61,950 nt of DNA from positions 1-61,950 of IMG/VR virus record IMGVR_UViG_3300033145_000307; one strand, given 5' to 3'. Position 1 is the stretch's first letter. Every line of letters begins with the position of its first letter. The DNA is from a virus. Its lineage: Duplodnaviria; Caudoviricetes. The notes beneath the pieces are model-generated. The model saw only the letters and a program-made list of their open reading frames with translations, did not search any database and had not been told where the DNA came from. This document shows positions 26,639 through 37,025 of this stretch, one piece after another. Made by a program: the position numbers and the translations under genes.

Positions 26639-26806
26639 ATGCCAAGAAAGTTAATTAATCCAGCGTATGAGGCCCCGGAAAATAGTGTTGATCTTTTTGA
26701 TGCTGATCGAAAAAATGAATTTGGAGAAATGTATTGTGTAGCAGTGGCTATACTGCATTCACAAGTCGGTAGATATTGGAAACGTTACTTAAAGGAGGCC
26801 AAATGA
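26639..26806 (+). CDS. Hypothetical protein
   Basis: AAGGAGG RBS plus ATG 26639. Confidence 0.55.
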   Translation: MPRKLINPAYEAPENSVDLFDADRKNEFGEMYCVAVAILHSQVGRYWKRYLKEAK

Positions 26807-27012
26807 CAATCTCAAAGACAGCATTAGGTAAAATCGCTCCGTTGTACTACGCAGGTCGATGCGATATCACCACGAAGGATCTTGAGTTGCTTCGTAGCAC
26901 GAAACAGTACGCAGACTACAAGAAAGCTAACGGTATCTTGCAAGCCGTGGAGTATACGCTTGCCAAGATTATTATTGACTTGGATGACGGATTGTTGGGG
27001 GGTGGGGAATGA
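26803..27012 (+). CDS. Hypothetical protein
   Basis: AAGGAGG RBS; ATGA overlap. Confidence 0.55.
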   Translation: MTISKTALGKIAPLYYAGRCDITTKDLELLRSTKQYADYKKANGILQAVEYTLAKIIIDLDDGLLGGGE

Positions 27013-27373
27013 AAAAGAAAAAGGTAAGTTATTTTGATGATGGAGTAAGAGCTATTGAAAACATGACAGCATCGGGCATCGGAAGGCAGGGACGCAGACA
27101 GCTTGCAGGGCGATTGTTTGGCAAAGGTCATGCGGGATGGCAGAAATACAAAGAGGCTGAGAAAATCCTCAAAAAAGACTGACAAAGGGAGGTGAGCGCC
27201 ATGTTACAAGAAGATCAAGACTTCCTACAGCTTGTTTCAATCGTAACGTCACAGTTTGGCTGTACGATTGACAGCGTTGACGGTAGGACAATCAGCATAA
27301 CCTGTCCTACTAAAGACATTGAAGTTGCTTGCGCTCAGGCTATCGAGGAAATTATTGAAGGGGGTGGTTAATT

Positions 27374-27706
27374 ATGAGTGGAAAATATACACCAGGGCCG
27401 TGGAAAGTTTTTGTGGATGACGATGACGTTGTTGGCATTGAACATAAAGGAGGGGTTGTCTGCTCTACAATGGGAATAATTATTAAGGAAGATGAGGCTG
27501 ACAGTGCCAATCTATTGGCAGACGCGCGATTGATCGCAAAGTCTCCCGTTTTATTTGAAGCTTGCAAGGAGGCAATAGAGGTTCTTGACGATATTATAAA
27601 CGCGGCTGGTAACAATCAACCGTATACCGCAGAGGAATTGAGTGGTTTTGGAATAGAAGCGCTTGATAAACTCCAAGAGGCCATTGCAAACATAGAGGAA
27701 GAATAA
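27374..27706 (+). CDS. Conserved phage hypothetical protein
   Basis: 'KYTPGPW...ADARLIAKSP.L' motif common in phage early genes. Confidence 0.7.
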   Translation: MSGKYTPGPWKVFVDDDDVVGIEHKGGVVCSTMGIIIKEDEADSANLLADARLIAKSPVLFEACKEAIEVLDDIINAAGNNQPYTAEELSGFGIEALDKLQEAIANIEEE

Positions 27707-28024
27707 CCAAGCCCATCAACGGGGCCGACTAAACTTAAAACTACACCACCACAATTCCTGTGACGGACTAAAAGATTCCCTCCCTGCGCTCTCCGCCCCT
27801 GGCTCCGGTGTAGGCCAGTCCTCCAAGTTTCCAAAACTTATAGGAGGTAGTCCAATGACAAAAAAAGAAATTAAACAGCGCATCATTGAAGCCTTTGCAA
27901 CTAAAAGGTGCTATGGTTTTCCGGGCCATGCACAAGAAGAGTGTTGTAATTGTGTTATCGTTGACAAGTGCGCTCGATATGTGAAGCGTACCAAGAAATA
28001 GGCCCTGGTCGGCCCCTAAACGAG

Positions 28025-28065
28025 AAAGCCGGAGACATCAATTATCAGTGTGCCTCCGGCTTTTT
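28025..28065. terminator. Terminator between convergent units (probably bidirectional)
   Basis: AAAGCCGGAG...CTCCGGCTTTTT. Confidence 0.75.
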
Positions 28066-28107
28066 AGGTCAATAGCATGTTATTTCTTTTTCATCGCATC
28101 GCCTCCT

Positions 28108-28524
28108 TCAAAATCCCCACCGTAGCGGACAACCGGCGGCCTTCCAATCTTTCACTATTTCCTGAATATCGAACAAAATCTGATAACTAACGTATTTTAT
28201 TTTGTTTTTAAAAATGCCCGTATATTCTCGATTTAATACTGGCTCTTGGTATTTCGTAAAAAACAATGGGGGGATCTCCACAAAAACAGCGTTTCTCCCT
28301 GCAAACATGGCTATTTCTCTTGCATCCCCTTCGGGCAACACCACCGTTAACAGGTGCCTATCTAACGGACATCCCGTGAATCCATATATTACACCTAACG
28401 GTAAGTTTGGTTGTTTTAATTCTTCCCTAATGTAATCAACCATATCAAGCCCAACTTCCCCTGGCGGTTCTTCCATGATAGAATCTGTGTATTTTGGTGT
28501 TCTAAAGTTTATTTTAAATTCCAC
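28108..28524 (-). CDS. Hypothetical protein
   Basis: GTG start, AGGAGGGAG RBS. Confidence 0.6.
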   Translation of the reverse strand: MEFKINFRTPKYTDSIMEEPPGEVGLDMVDYIREELKQPNLPLGVIYGFTGCPLDRHLLTVVLPEGDAREIAMFAGRNAVFVEIPPLFFTKYQEPVLNREYTGIFKNKIKYVSYQILFDIQEIVKDWKAAGCPLRWGF

Positions 28525-28535
28525 AACTCCCTCCT

Positions 28536-29132
28536 TTATTTCTTCTTTACAGGTTTCTTGGTTTTCACCTTCTTGTCGGTAGCCTTTAAAAAATTAACCG
28601 CGACAGCCTCAAGCTCCTTGAGCTTGGCCGCCATGTCTTGCTTGCTGAGATACAAGGTCACGTCTTCTTTGTTGGTCCACTCTGTTTCATCGTATGTCCA
28701 GAATACCTGTATAAAGCCATCTTCACTCACGGTGGCCATGGTGCGGCCCATGCGGTTTTTATACTCTACTTTCACCTTGTCGCCCACTTCATCAACAATT
28801 TTTATGTCTTGCTTTTCCCCATCTCGCACAACAAATCCATCACATTCCGACTTTTCTTCATTGGATGTTTGCTTTTTTATCGCCATAGCCACATATTCAT
28901 CCATTTGACAGACCGTTACAAGGGCCTGTGTATTCCCTTGGGGGTGCAACCGTTTGTTTAAAAATCCAATTCCGTTGGTTATGGTTATCATCAAAACAAA
29001 CAAAACCACACAAAACCCCGGAATAAGCTTTCTCCTTTTGTCCTTGCTTTTTGTAAGCTGTTGAATAGTAAAGATCCCAGAAAACAACAACATCGCCCAA
29101 AGCGCTATAAGCCCTAACGTAATCCAAAACAT
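28536..29132 (-). CDS. Two-TM membrane protein
   Basis: Two N-terminal hydrophobic helices; GGAGGG RBS. Confidence 0.65.
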   Translation of the reverse strand: MFWITLGLIALWAMLLFSGIFTIQQLTKSKDKRRKLIPGFCVVLFVLMITITNGIGFLNKRLHPQGNTQALVTVCQMDEYVAMAIKKQTSNEEKSECDGFVVRDGEKQDIKIVDEVGDKVKVEYKNRMGRTMATVSEDGFIQVFWTYDETEWTNKEDVTLYLSKQDMAAKLKELEAVAVNFLKATDKKVKTKKPVKKK

Positions 29133-29716
29133 AACAATTCCCTCCTTCTTTCATTCTTGTTTTAACGGGCCAAATAGCCACGCTGTTGAATTACCTTGCT
29201 ACCCCCTTGGTTCTACTCCGTTGTGGCAACCTGCTCACGATTTAGCCCGTCTCACCCCGTCTCACAAGTTTCATTAATCCCCTCAAGCTCGCCCTTCAGC
29301 TTTTCCAGCCCAAGGATGCGACTTTCAAGCCTCTCAATTTCTTCCTCGTGAAGGGCGATACTTTTCTCAAGGCTTTTGATGTGGGCTTGTGCGACCTCTT
29401 TCTTTTCTGGCAATGGTGGTGGTTGGGTTGGTTGCCGATCTTCTGTTTTTATCCAATTCATAGCACCCTCCTACAGCCGGGGAAGTGCCCCTGCATGATC
29501 CGCGTGACTACATCCGTTTGAGATGTGTCAATCTTCCATTGACGAGGTAGCCGGGACGAAAAAAAATAGCACCCGTCCATTTGTTCCTCCCACATGGGAC
29601 AGTTCACGCACTCAGTGTTGGCGCATAGTTCCTTTAGCTCTGACAGCTTATAGTCTTTTAGTTTCATTAGATATCCCCCCTTAATTTTAATTCGTGCGGT
29701 TGAGTTAAGTTTTGTT

Positions 29717-29905
29717 TTAATCGCATGCAACACGAAGGGCATAGTTAAGTTGCTCAACCAATGTCTTGTCTGTAGCATCGGGTAGTTTGCAATATGCGCC
29801 CCCTGGTCTTTCCAGTGAAACCCACGCTGCTCCATTCTCCATATCAAGGCTTAGCGTCCATCCTTCTGGCAATTCCCTACAGATTTTATTAATTATTTTT
29901 TCCAC
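29717..29905 (-). CDS. Hypothetical protein
   Basis: GGAGG RBS, 62 aa. Confidence 0.55.
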   Translation of the reverse strand: MEKIINKICRELPEGWTLSLDMENGAAWVSLERPGGAYCKLPDATDKTLVEQLNYALRVACD

Positions 29906-29939
29906 GCTTCCTCCTTAACTATATAGAATTGTTGCATTA

Positions 29940-30257
29940 TCAAAATGGAATATCTGGTTCCTTAATCTCCGGCAACTCACTATCGGCAACCGGCGGTAAC
30001 ATATCCTTGCCCTTTAATATTCCAAGAAAATACTCTAAGGTTGCAATCGCTTGTCTCTTGCTGGTTCCAAGTGTTACCTTGACGGGTATAGCCTTGTCTC
30101 TTGGGCGCCTGTCTTTGTCCTGGGGATATGCCCAAGTTGAAAATATTTCCCCACCTTGTCCTTCTTTGGCATCAATCAGGCTATATGTGCCTTGATACTC
30201 ATCCAACTTTGTGCCTTGTGACCACTTTTCTTGTGTTATTATAAAGTTGTCTTGCAT
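29940..30257 (-). CDS. Possible ssDNA-binding protein
   Basis: Acidic C-terminal tail ending DIPF; lies in replication block. Confidence 0.45.
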   Translation of the reverse strand: MQDNFIITQEKWSQGTKLDEYQGTYSLIDAKEGQGGEIFSTWAYPQDKDRRPRDKAIPVKVTLGTSKRQAIATLEYFLGILKGKDMLPPVADSELPEIKEPDIPF

Positions 30258-30724
30258 TGTTTCTCCTCTTGCTTTTTATAACAATTTTTACATAAGCTTT
30301 CAAATGTATGGTTCCACATTTTTCCACCCTTAAACCCAAGAGTTTTACACAAGTCAGCCAATGCCTCTAAACAGGTGTCTCCAAATCCCACCATAGATTC
30401 TTGCAAGTCTATAAAATTTGGTTGCATAGCACACATGGCATCACCATCCAGGCTTAATGTGACACCAAGGGGAGTTGCATAATGTTCCGCATCTTTATCG
30501 TTGCAACCCCACAACGCAGCCAATTCTTTCACCCTTTCCATGTTGGCTCCAAGCGAAAGCCCCTCAACAACAATTCTCCAAGCTCCAGCCCTATCCGTAG
30601 AGTCAAATGGCCATAAGGCTTTTGCAAAACTACTTTCTCTAATGTCCGCCGCTATTCCCGGCAAGTTCCTTTTATAAATCAAACTCCCATTTACGTGTAG
30701 ATAATACCAGCCTTCGATTGACAT
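30239..30724 (-). CDS. Hypothetical protein
   Basis: 161 aa with RBS. Confidence 0.65.
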   Translation of the reverse strand: MSIEGWYYLHVNGSLIYKRNLPGIAADIRESSFAKALWPFDSTDRAGAWRIVVEGLSLGANMERVKELAALWGCNDKDAEHYATPLGVTLSLDGDAMCAMQPNFIDLQESMVGFGDTCLEALADLCKTLGFKGGKMWNHTFESLCKNCYKKQEEKQCKTTL

Positions 30725-30738
30725 CTCCGCCCCCTCCT

Positions 30739-31305
30739 TTAAAGTGTTTTATCAAGTTCCGCAATCCGCTTCTCAAGCTCTTCCTGTGATATCTTCTTGT
30801 TCATACACATTAATGTCAGTTTCATCTTCTGCCTGTGATTCGGGTCTGGCTGTTCCTGTCCTGCTGTCGGTGGCTTAAACTCTGACAAACACTTAGCGCC
30901 ATCGGGCTTGTTGGTCTTATATACGTCCTCCCACCCCTCTGCATTAAGCCATGTTGCCGGATGGGGAACATATGCGCCGCCGTCTTTCCTCCAATCCTCT
31001 GAAGCCTTGGCCTCGATTATCTTGGCAAGGATTGTTTTTAATAGTTGATCTGACGGCTTTATCCTTAACCACGCTTTTCTGGCTGCCCCCTTTGCCTTCT
31101 TGTTGGGCCATGCCTTCCAGAACATTTCAAACCGCTCAAGCAGGGCTTCTGACGGCTTTGGCTTATGGGCCTTGCGAAGCTTGTATGCTGCCAAGATAGC
31201 CCTTACTGCTAAATCGTGGGCTTGTTGGTAATTAAGAGGGGAAACCCTACCCTCTATCGGCACCAACACTTTGGTTGCCCACTGGCTTGCGGTTTTTTTG
31301 TTCAT
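30739..31305 (-). CDS. Phage replication (replisome organiser-like) protein
   Basis: 'FEMFWKAWPNKKAKGAARKAW' and 'YVPHPATWLNAEGWED'. Confidence 0.7.
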   Translation of the reverse strand: MNKKTASQWATKVLVPIEGRVSPLNYQQAHDLAVRAILAAYKLRKAHKPKPSEALLERFEMFWKAWPNKKAKGAARKAWLRIKPSDQLLKTILAKIIEAKASEDWRKDGGAYVPHPATWLNAEGWEDVYKTNKPDGAKCLSEFKPPTAGQEQPDPNHRQKMKLTLMCMNKKISQEELEKRIAELDKTL

Positions 31306-31311
31306 TAGGGG

Positions 31312-31986
31312 TTATCCAAATAATTTTAGTTGTTGGGTTTCGCGTTCGATTCGTTTCGCTGCTATCTCACAGTATTCTTCTGAAATTTCTATGCCTATCC
31401 ATCTCCGGTTTAGGCGTTCACAGGCTATTGCTGTTGTGCCGGAACCGAGAAAAGGATCAAAAATAATATCGGGATCTATAGAATGCTTTTCTAAAATACG
31501 AACAAACAATCCTACAGGTTTTTGCGTGGGATGAACCCTTTTTTCTTTGCATTTCATGTTCTGCTGAATCATTCCATCCCACAAAAACCGTATAATTCGT
31601 GTAGGGCCATTAAAAGAAGTCCATGCCAACTCCCCATCAGCAAAAGTTCTCTCTGGCGTTACACCACAGCGCTTATCCCATATAAGCCAACACGAGGAGG
31701 GAGAAAGAGGGTCAGCAAAATAATTCCCACCAAAAATTATTTGATTCTTGGAATTTTGAATCATTTGAACAAATGTTTTTTTAGGAGGTCTTGACGTATC
31801 CCAATTAGCAATATCTGTAAATTTGGTATGTAAGATGTGTTTTGTTCTACCAAAACCCTTAACTTCTATTCCAGTCCCATACGGAGGATCGGTCAAAACT
31901 AAATCAACTGGCTCAAGCTCTGGCATAATCTCAAGGCAATCGCCATGATATAGTGTTCCATGTTCTGTCTCAAAATACGGCTTCAT
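31312..31986 (-). CDS. DNA N6-adenine/N4-cytosine methyltransferase (beta class)
   Basis: 'TDPPY', 'HPTQKP', 'DPFLGSGTT', 'GIEI'. Confidence 0.93.
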   Translation of the reverse strand: MKPYFETEHGTLYHGDCLEIMPELEPVDLVLTDPPYGTGIEVKGFGRTKHILHTKFTDIANWDTSRPPKKTFVQMIQNSKNQIIFGGNYFADPLSPSSCWLIWDKRCGVTPERTFADGELAWTSFNGPTRIIRFLWDGMIQQNMKCKEKRVHPTQKPVGLFVRILEKHSIDPDIIFDPFLGSGTTAIACERLNRRWIGIEISEEYCEIAAKRIERETQQLKLFG

Positions 31987-32153
31987 TCCGGCTTCCCCTC
32001 TGGATATTCATAATATTCCATGAGCTTGTCTTGTTTCTTTTCTCTGCATTCAGGACATTTGCAAAACGAATTGACACCACGCTTCTCTGCCAGCTTCTTA
32101 GTACAGATGATATGGTAAGGTACTGAGCCTGGTTGTTTTTTAGATGTCATAAT

Positions 32154-32372
32154 CTACGCCCAAACTGTTGCGATTTCATTTTTCCCTGCGAATTTCTTAG
32201 CCTTCTTTTTGTTCGTAAAGACTGGCATAACCCCAACGACTCCGCTCTCTTTGTCGTTAAAGGTCGAGCTTTGAGCAAAGGGATCTCCGAATGTATCGGT
32301 CAATCCAACCTTCCCCTCCTTGTATATTCCCAGAACTACATAATAGCGTTTTGCTTTTTTACTTTGCTTCAT
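32154..32372 (-). CDS. Hypothetical protein
   Basis: 72-aa co-oriented ORF. Confidence 0.5.
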   Translation of the reverse strand: MKQSKKAKRYYVVLGIYKEGKVGLTDTFGDPFAQSSTFNDKESGVVGVMPVFTNKKKAKKFAGKNEIATVWA

Positions 32373-32386
32373 GTTTACTTCCTTGT

Positions 32387-32893
32387 TTACTTTCCTGATT
32401 GCTTCAGGCCATAATAGAGAATCCCCAAGGCATCAGCCGTTGCAAGCGTTATTTTCAAATAGGGAAAGAGGGCTTGCGCCTTTGCTTTTATCTTATTCTT
32501 TCTTTCCTGTTTTCGCTTGGCAAGAATTTGTTTACGTGATGCGCCCTGTATTTCTTTGGGGATCTTCGGATAATTCGGCTTCCCTATAAATTCGTGCTGC
32601 CATTTGGAGGGCAAAACTTCTATGTACGGTATCCCAAGGGCGATCAAGGCCATTTCAAGGTGTCCACAATGTTTTGCGAACTTAACGGCAGCGGGGCCGC
32701 TATTCCCTGGCATATAGCCTCCGACACGTTCAATGTAACAAAATGGCTCACTCTCTGCATCCCGAATCCCTTTAATTTGATTATAAATATCTGCGGGTGT
32801 TTTTTCCATCTTGCTTGTCCATATATTTAGCCTACCGTTTTTAAATGCCCACGCCAGCCCTCCGGCTTGTCCAGGATCAATTGCGAAGATCAT
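32387..32893 (-). CDS. RuvC-like Holliday junction resolvase
   Basis: 'IFAIDPGQAGGLA', 'YIERV', 'V.PSKWQ', 'ADALGI'. Confidence 0.8.
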   Translation of the reverse strand: MIFAIDPGQAGGLAWAFKNGRLNIWTSKMEKTPADIYNQIKGIRDAESEPFCYIERVGGYMPGNSGPAAVKFAKHCGHLEMALIALGIPYIEVLPSKWQHEFIGKPNYPKIPKEIQGASRKQILAKRKQERKNKIKAKAQALFPYLKITLATADALGILYYGLKQSGK

Positions 32894-33327
32894 TATTGTC
32901 CCTCCATTCTCTCTTAATTTCATGCCAGTCATTCCGCGAGCATACAAACGTCACCCGAACCATATCGTCTGTCATATTGACTAATGGCTTGCTCCTAAAG
33001 GTTTCTTCTTTGAGTATCTTTATTTCGTACGTCATTTCTTCTCCTTCAGGTAACTTCCCTTGTTTTGCATCCACCACGCAATAGCCTCAAGGTCTTTTGC
33101 TGAAAACTTGCCATTTAAAACAGCATGCCTGTCTCCCTTCTTCCACGACAAGTACCAACGGAGAGCATATAGGTTCCCATGCTCATCTATTTCGTCTCGT
33201 AAGGCTGAGTTGGCTAATTCTTCATTCATTTCTTCCCCTTCTTCTTTTTCTTCTTGAGGCGATAGGGGTCATTCTTGTACGGATCGTTTTTGTAGGGGTC
33301 TTTGGGCATTGGTTAAGCATCCTTTAA

Positions 33328-33570
33328 CTATACAAAAAATTCATACCCGCAACTTACACAACTTTCGATTAGTCTTTTTAGTGTTTCGTGGTGTCCGGTA
33401 GCTCCACTAAAACCGCCGACTCGTAAAATCCATCCATCAGTCTCTTTTGTGATCATTCCAGCAAGTTTTCCATCCTGCTTGGCAAATATCGGTGCATGTT
33501 CCAAGTTGCTTCCCACCACCTTGGACAAGTGGATTGTTCCCGTTTCTTCGGTCATAATAATTTTTCTCAT
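33328..33570 (-). CDS. Hypothetical protein
   Basis: GGAGGG RBS, 80 aa. Confidence 0.55.
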   Translation of the reverse strand: MRKIIMTEETGTIHLSKVVGSNLEHAPIFAKQDGKLAGMITKETDGWILRVGGFSGATGHHETLKRLIESCVSCGYEFFV

Positions 33571-33772
33571 AATTCCCTCCTTTACCCCTCAATCAGTCTC
33601 TTCAGTACCCTCAAGCAATTCTTGCACTTGGGGGCTGCTGGATCGTCAACATTCAGACAATTCCGAACTGGAAGAATAGTTCCACAAACAGTGAAAATGT
33701 CAAAAAAATCTCTCCGACATTCTACATGCCTCCTCTTCTTGCTGCCCTCTGGTCTGGTCGTTACCCATTCCA

Positions 33773-34033
33773 TTATTCCCCCACCTTCCCCGCCACAAGA
33801 TCAATCGCATCCTGCACGGTCTTGACCTTCTCGGCGTCTTCGTCTGGAATTTCAATGTCAAAGTCTTCTTCGGCGGCCATGATTAGCTCGACCATATCCA
33901 AAGAATCAAGGCCCAAGTCATCTACAAGGCGATCTTCAGGCTTAATTTCCTTTGTGGTCATCCGTGGCTCCCACATATTTATCTGCTCTACGATTATCTT
34001 TTTAACCTTCTGCTCTATCTGTTGTCTGTTCAT
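33773..34033 (-). CDS. acpP: Acyl carrier protein
   Basis: '[41 protein letters not shown]', with the phosphopantetheine Ser in DSL. Confidence 0.92.
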   Translation of the reverse strand: MNRQQIEQKVKKIIVEQINMWEPRMTTKEIKPEDRLVDDLGLDSLDMVELIMAAEEDFDIEIPDEDAEKVKTVQDAIDLVAGKVGE

Positions 34034-34208
34034 GGTTTCAACAGCTCCTTTACGGCTTTTGCAAACTCGTCAACTTCTTTAGGGACTTCAAAGGTAAAAC
34101 ACTCTGATGTAATTTCAACTTGCGGAGCTGTACCATCGTCTACTCTATCAGCATCCATCCAGCCCTCTTTGCTTTTGTCTGTGAATCTAATCTGTGTTGT
34201 TGTTGTTT

Positions 34209-34631
34209 TCATGCTTTCCCCTGACAAAGAGCTGTTTGCAAATCTTTAATCGCATAGCATTGCTGGCTTTCTGTTTTAAAGCCATAAGCAAGACAACCAA
34301 AACGGATATCATCGTCCGTTTCTCCGTGGACAAAAGATTCATTTTCGTCGTTAATGTCTGTTACAATATATCCTTGCGGAATAAAATCGTACCATTCCCC
34401 AGGATATAGCCAATGGTTCTTTTCCCATTCTTGCAGTCCGATAGCCTTAAGTGTTTCGGGCGGTAATGCTTTAAGCATGTCAAACCATTTCTCTCCACCC
34501 TCGGGGATTACTGGTTCAATCCCATTTATGCGTTCAAACTGAGGAGTTCTGATTGAAACAGGGCCAATTCCTTTTAAAAAACTTGCTAATTGATCTATTG
34601 ACATTATTTGTGTTTTTTTATCTATTTTCAT
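34209..34631 (-). CDS. Hypothetical protein
   Basis: 'LWLYPGEWYDFIP..G', 'DDDIRFGCLAYG'; conserved-looking phage protein. Confidence 0.65.
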   Translation of the reverse strand: MKIDKKTQIMSIDQLASFLKGIGPVSIRTPQFERINGIEPVIPEGGEKWFDMLKALPPETLKAIGLQEWEKNHWLYPGEWYDFIPQGYIVTDINDENESFVHGETDDDIRFGCLAYGFKTESQQCYAIKDLQTALCQGKA

Positions 34632-35278
34632 TGTTCCCTTCCTTTACTCCGATATTTTAGTGGTGGCCAGATGATCTTCAATCATCTGTATCTTATCTTC
34701 CAGGGTCATTATTTCGGGCTTCTGGGCTATGCACTCAGGGAGGCGGCGGTACGGCATTCCATGAAGTGTTTTGTAATTAAACAATGCACAAGATTTTTTC
34801 CAAATACAAAAACAAGTTAAACAATACTTACCCTCGCTCGGTATTTGATTCATAGCTTTACCTCAATCTCTTCTGCCGTTTTTCGGAGGTTAGCCGCATA
34901 TTTGTTTAAATATTCAGCCAATTGCCTGGCATGGTTAAGAATGAAATTTTCATATTTCCTTGCAATGTCACAAGTACATCCATATACTATTTCTTGGTTG
35001 CCTATTTCTATTGTGCCAATAGCACAGTCCGTTTCAACATAGTGGTTGGGATCGTCTTTAGCTTTTTGTTGTAATTTTTTTAATTCACCTTCTTCCCAAT
35101 CCCAAATGTTGTAGCTATCAAAACGGGTAATGCCACATTCACAGTGCGAATACATCCCCCACAGTGGGAATCAAAAACACTACTAAACAATTCTGAACAT
35201 TGTTCACTCATCCTCTCCCCCCAAACAGCCGGAACCACTCTTCGGCGATCAGCATTAATAGGAATTTTATGCGAATGA

Positions 35279-35584
35279 TCATTTTGTTGTTCTTCTCCCG
35301 TGCATTTCTTCAATCGATCGGACAAAAGCTCTCGTTTTGCCTCCTTGAGCATCACCAAATTCAAAGTATCCATATTTGTCATTCAGGATTTCGATTTGCT
35401 CATCGGTTAACGGTTCCCCTATGGGTAAGTATTGCTTAATAATGTTAGAAATGTTCCTAACATTAGGAAATGGTGCGTCATCATGATCTGGTTGCATGTC
35501 GTAAAGCGACAAAAGCTCTTTTGCCACCGCTTCGATGGGTTTTAATTCTTTGCTCGTCTTCATCCCTCTTCTCCTTTGAGTCAT
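35279..35584 (-). CDS. Hypothetical protein
   Basis: Co-oriented ORF. Confidence 0.5.
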   Translation of the reverse strand: MTQRRRGMKTSKELKPIEAVAKELLSLYDMQPDHDDAPFPNVRNISNIIKQYLPIGEPLTDEQIEILNDKYGYFEFGDAQGGKTRAFVRSIEEMHGRRTTK

Positions 35585-35624
35585 TTTATGCTTACCTTGC
35601 TATTGGTTTTTAATAATAATGCAC

Positions 35625-35735
35625 TCAGCTATCTATTTGGTGGCTCCGGCTTGCAAATGCGCTTGGGGCGTGGGGTTCTGTTCCCAATACTATTAATCTG
35701 CCAAACTGCTGGCCTTTCATTTCTATTTTTTTCAT
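35625..35735 (-). pseudogene. Truncated remnant of an HNH/AP2-type homing endonuclease N-terminus
   Basis: MKKIEMKGQQFGRLIVL resembles the 'DLTGQRFGRLTV' start; stops after 36 aa. Confidence 0.45.
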
Positions 35736-35742
35736 TATCCAC

Positions 35743-36654
35743 TCATGTTTTTTCGGGGAATCTTGCCAAACATTCTTCGTCCTTTAATAACTCACATCGT
35801 TCGTATTGGCACACAGCCAAGGTCTTCGCTTCGTTGTCAGTGGGACATTTGACAACACCCAAGGGCTTGACCTCTCCTTCGTCCCCTTCCTTCTTGGAGC
35901 CGAGTTTTTTGTCGAGACTCGTTTCTTGTGGCAACTCTTTGATTGGGATGTCTATAATGTCGATGTCTTGACTTATTCCAACATCTGCTCTGTCATCATA
36001 GCCCGATGCTTTTAGAAGTTCCGGACTTTTTGGAATACGCTTGGCAAGCCTACGGATAGCTGTCTTTACCCACATTGACCAAGAATCATCGGTGTTCCAA
36101 GGCGAATCCTTTTTGTTCTTTGCAGCGGACTTGTTCTTTGCGGCCGTTGCGATTCTTTTGTCCACTACCTCAAAATCATACCCGCCATTTTTAAAGTGCG
36201 CTACTGCATAGGCGTAAACCAATTCCCCCACATTAGCTTCTTTTGTTGGTACATGATACAGCTTTGGAGTTAGTCCATAAGCATAATCAAAGGCATCGCT
36301 TTCATAAACAGGATGTGCGCTGAAATTTGTGACCCTGTCAGAGCGATAGGCTAAGTCCATATAGCCCTGGTAGCCGATGATTAGCTGTGCCTCCCTCCCG
36401 AATGGTATCAGGTGCGCCAGCCCCAATGGCCCCCCAATTTCGAGGCCAAGCATGGAGGCCTCAAGGATGGCGTTCAAAAGTGAGTGTTGGGTACAGTCTG
36501 CCAACTTCGGTGTTCGGGCAATCGCCATGTAGGCAATCCGGCACATGCGTTCTGGTGTAAGATGCTTCGGCAAGACGCTCTGAATGGCCTTGATGTTTTG
36601 GGTTAGTAGTGCCTGCACTGTGCTTTGCTGTCGTACTGTTAGTTCGTTTGACAT
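35743..36654 (-). CDS. recT: RecT-family single-strand annealing protein
   Basis: 'LPKHLTPERM.RIA', 'LGLE..GPLG.AHLIPF', 'QLIIGYQG..DLAYRS', 'M..KTAIRRLAK..PKS'. Confidence 0.93.
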   Translation of the reverse strand: MSNELTVRQQSTVQALLTQNIKAIQSVLPKHLTPERMCRIAYMAIARTPKLADCTQHSLLNAILEASMLGLEIGGPLGLAHLIPFGREAQLIIGYQGYMDLAYRSDRVTNFSAHPVYESDAFDYAYGLTPKLYHVPTKEANVGELVYAYAVAHFKNGGYDFEVVDKRIATAAKNKSAAKNKKDSPWNTDDSWSMWVKTAIRRLAKRIPKSPELLKASGYDDRADVGISQDIDIIDIPIKELPQETSLDKKLGSKKEGDEGEVKPLGVVKCPTDNEAKTLAVCQYERCELLKDEECLARFPEKT

Positions 36655-36854
36655 GTTTCCTCCTTGTGGTCGGGCTTTTGCGTTTGTTTATAAGACCATT
36701 CAATTAAATCCAAAACCGTATTAGTGGTTCGGATTCCTCCGTGCATTACTGCGTCTGCAAAAAGCTCGTCTAAGTGCTTATGTAAAACAACGTGCCTTTC
36801 GTGATGTGTTTCTTCTTCCACGCTTCCCTCCTTTAATCTGTCCATCCAATACAC
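36639..36854 (-). CDS. Hypothetical protein
   Basis: 'HVVLHKHLDELFAD...LIEWS'; start probably internal GTG. Confidence 0.5.
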   Translation of the reverse strand: MYWMDRLKEGSVEEETHHERHVVLHKHLDELFADAVMHGGIRTTNTVLDLIEWSYKQTQKPDHKEETCQTN

Positions 36855-37025
36855 AAACCAGATGGATCTGCAATAGCTTCTGGTTCTGGATTGTCAGGAT
36901 GACCACAACGATCCCTTTCGTCATCATGGTAACCACAATTCCCACACGAACATCCCTGTTTTCCCAAGTTTTTCATTGTAATATAATCGCTATCCTCACA
37001 AACATGTCCCACCTTATACCCTCCT

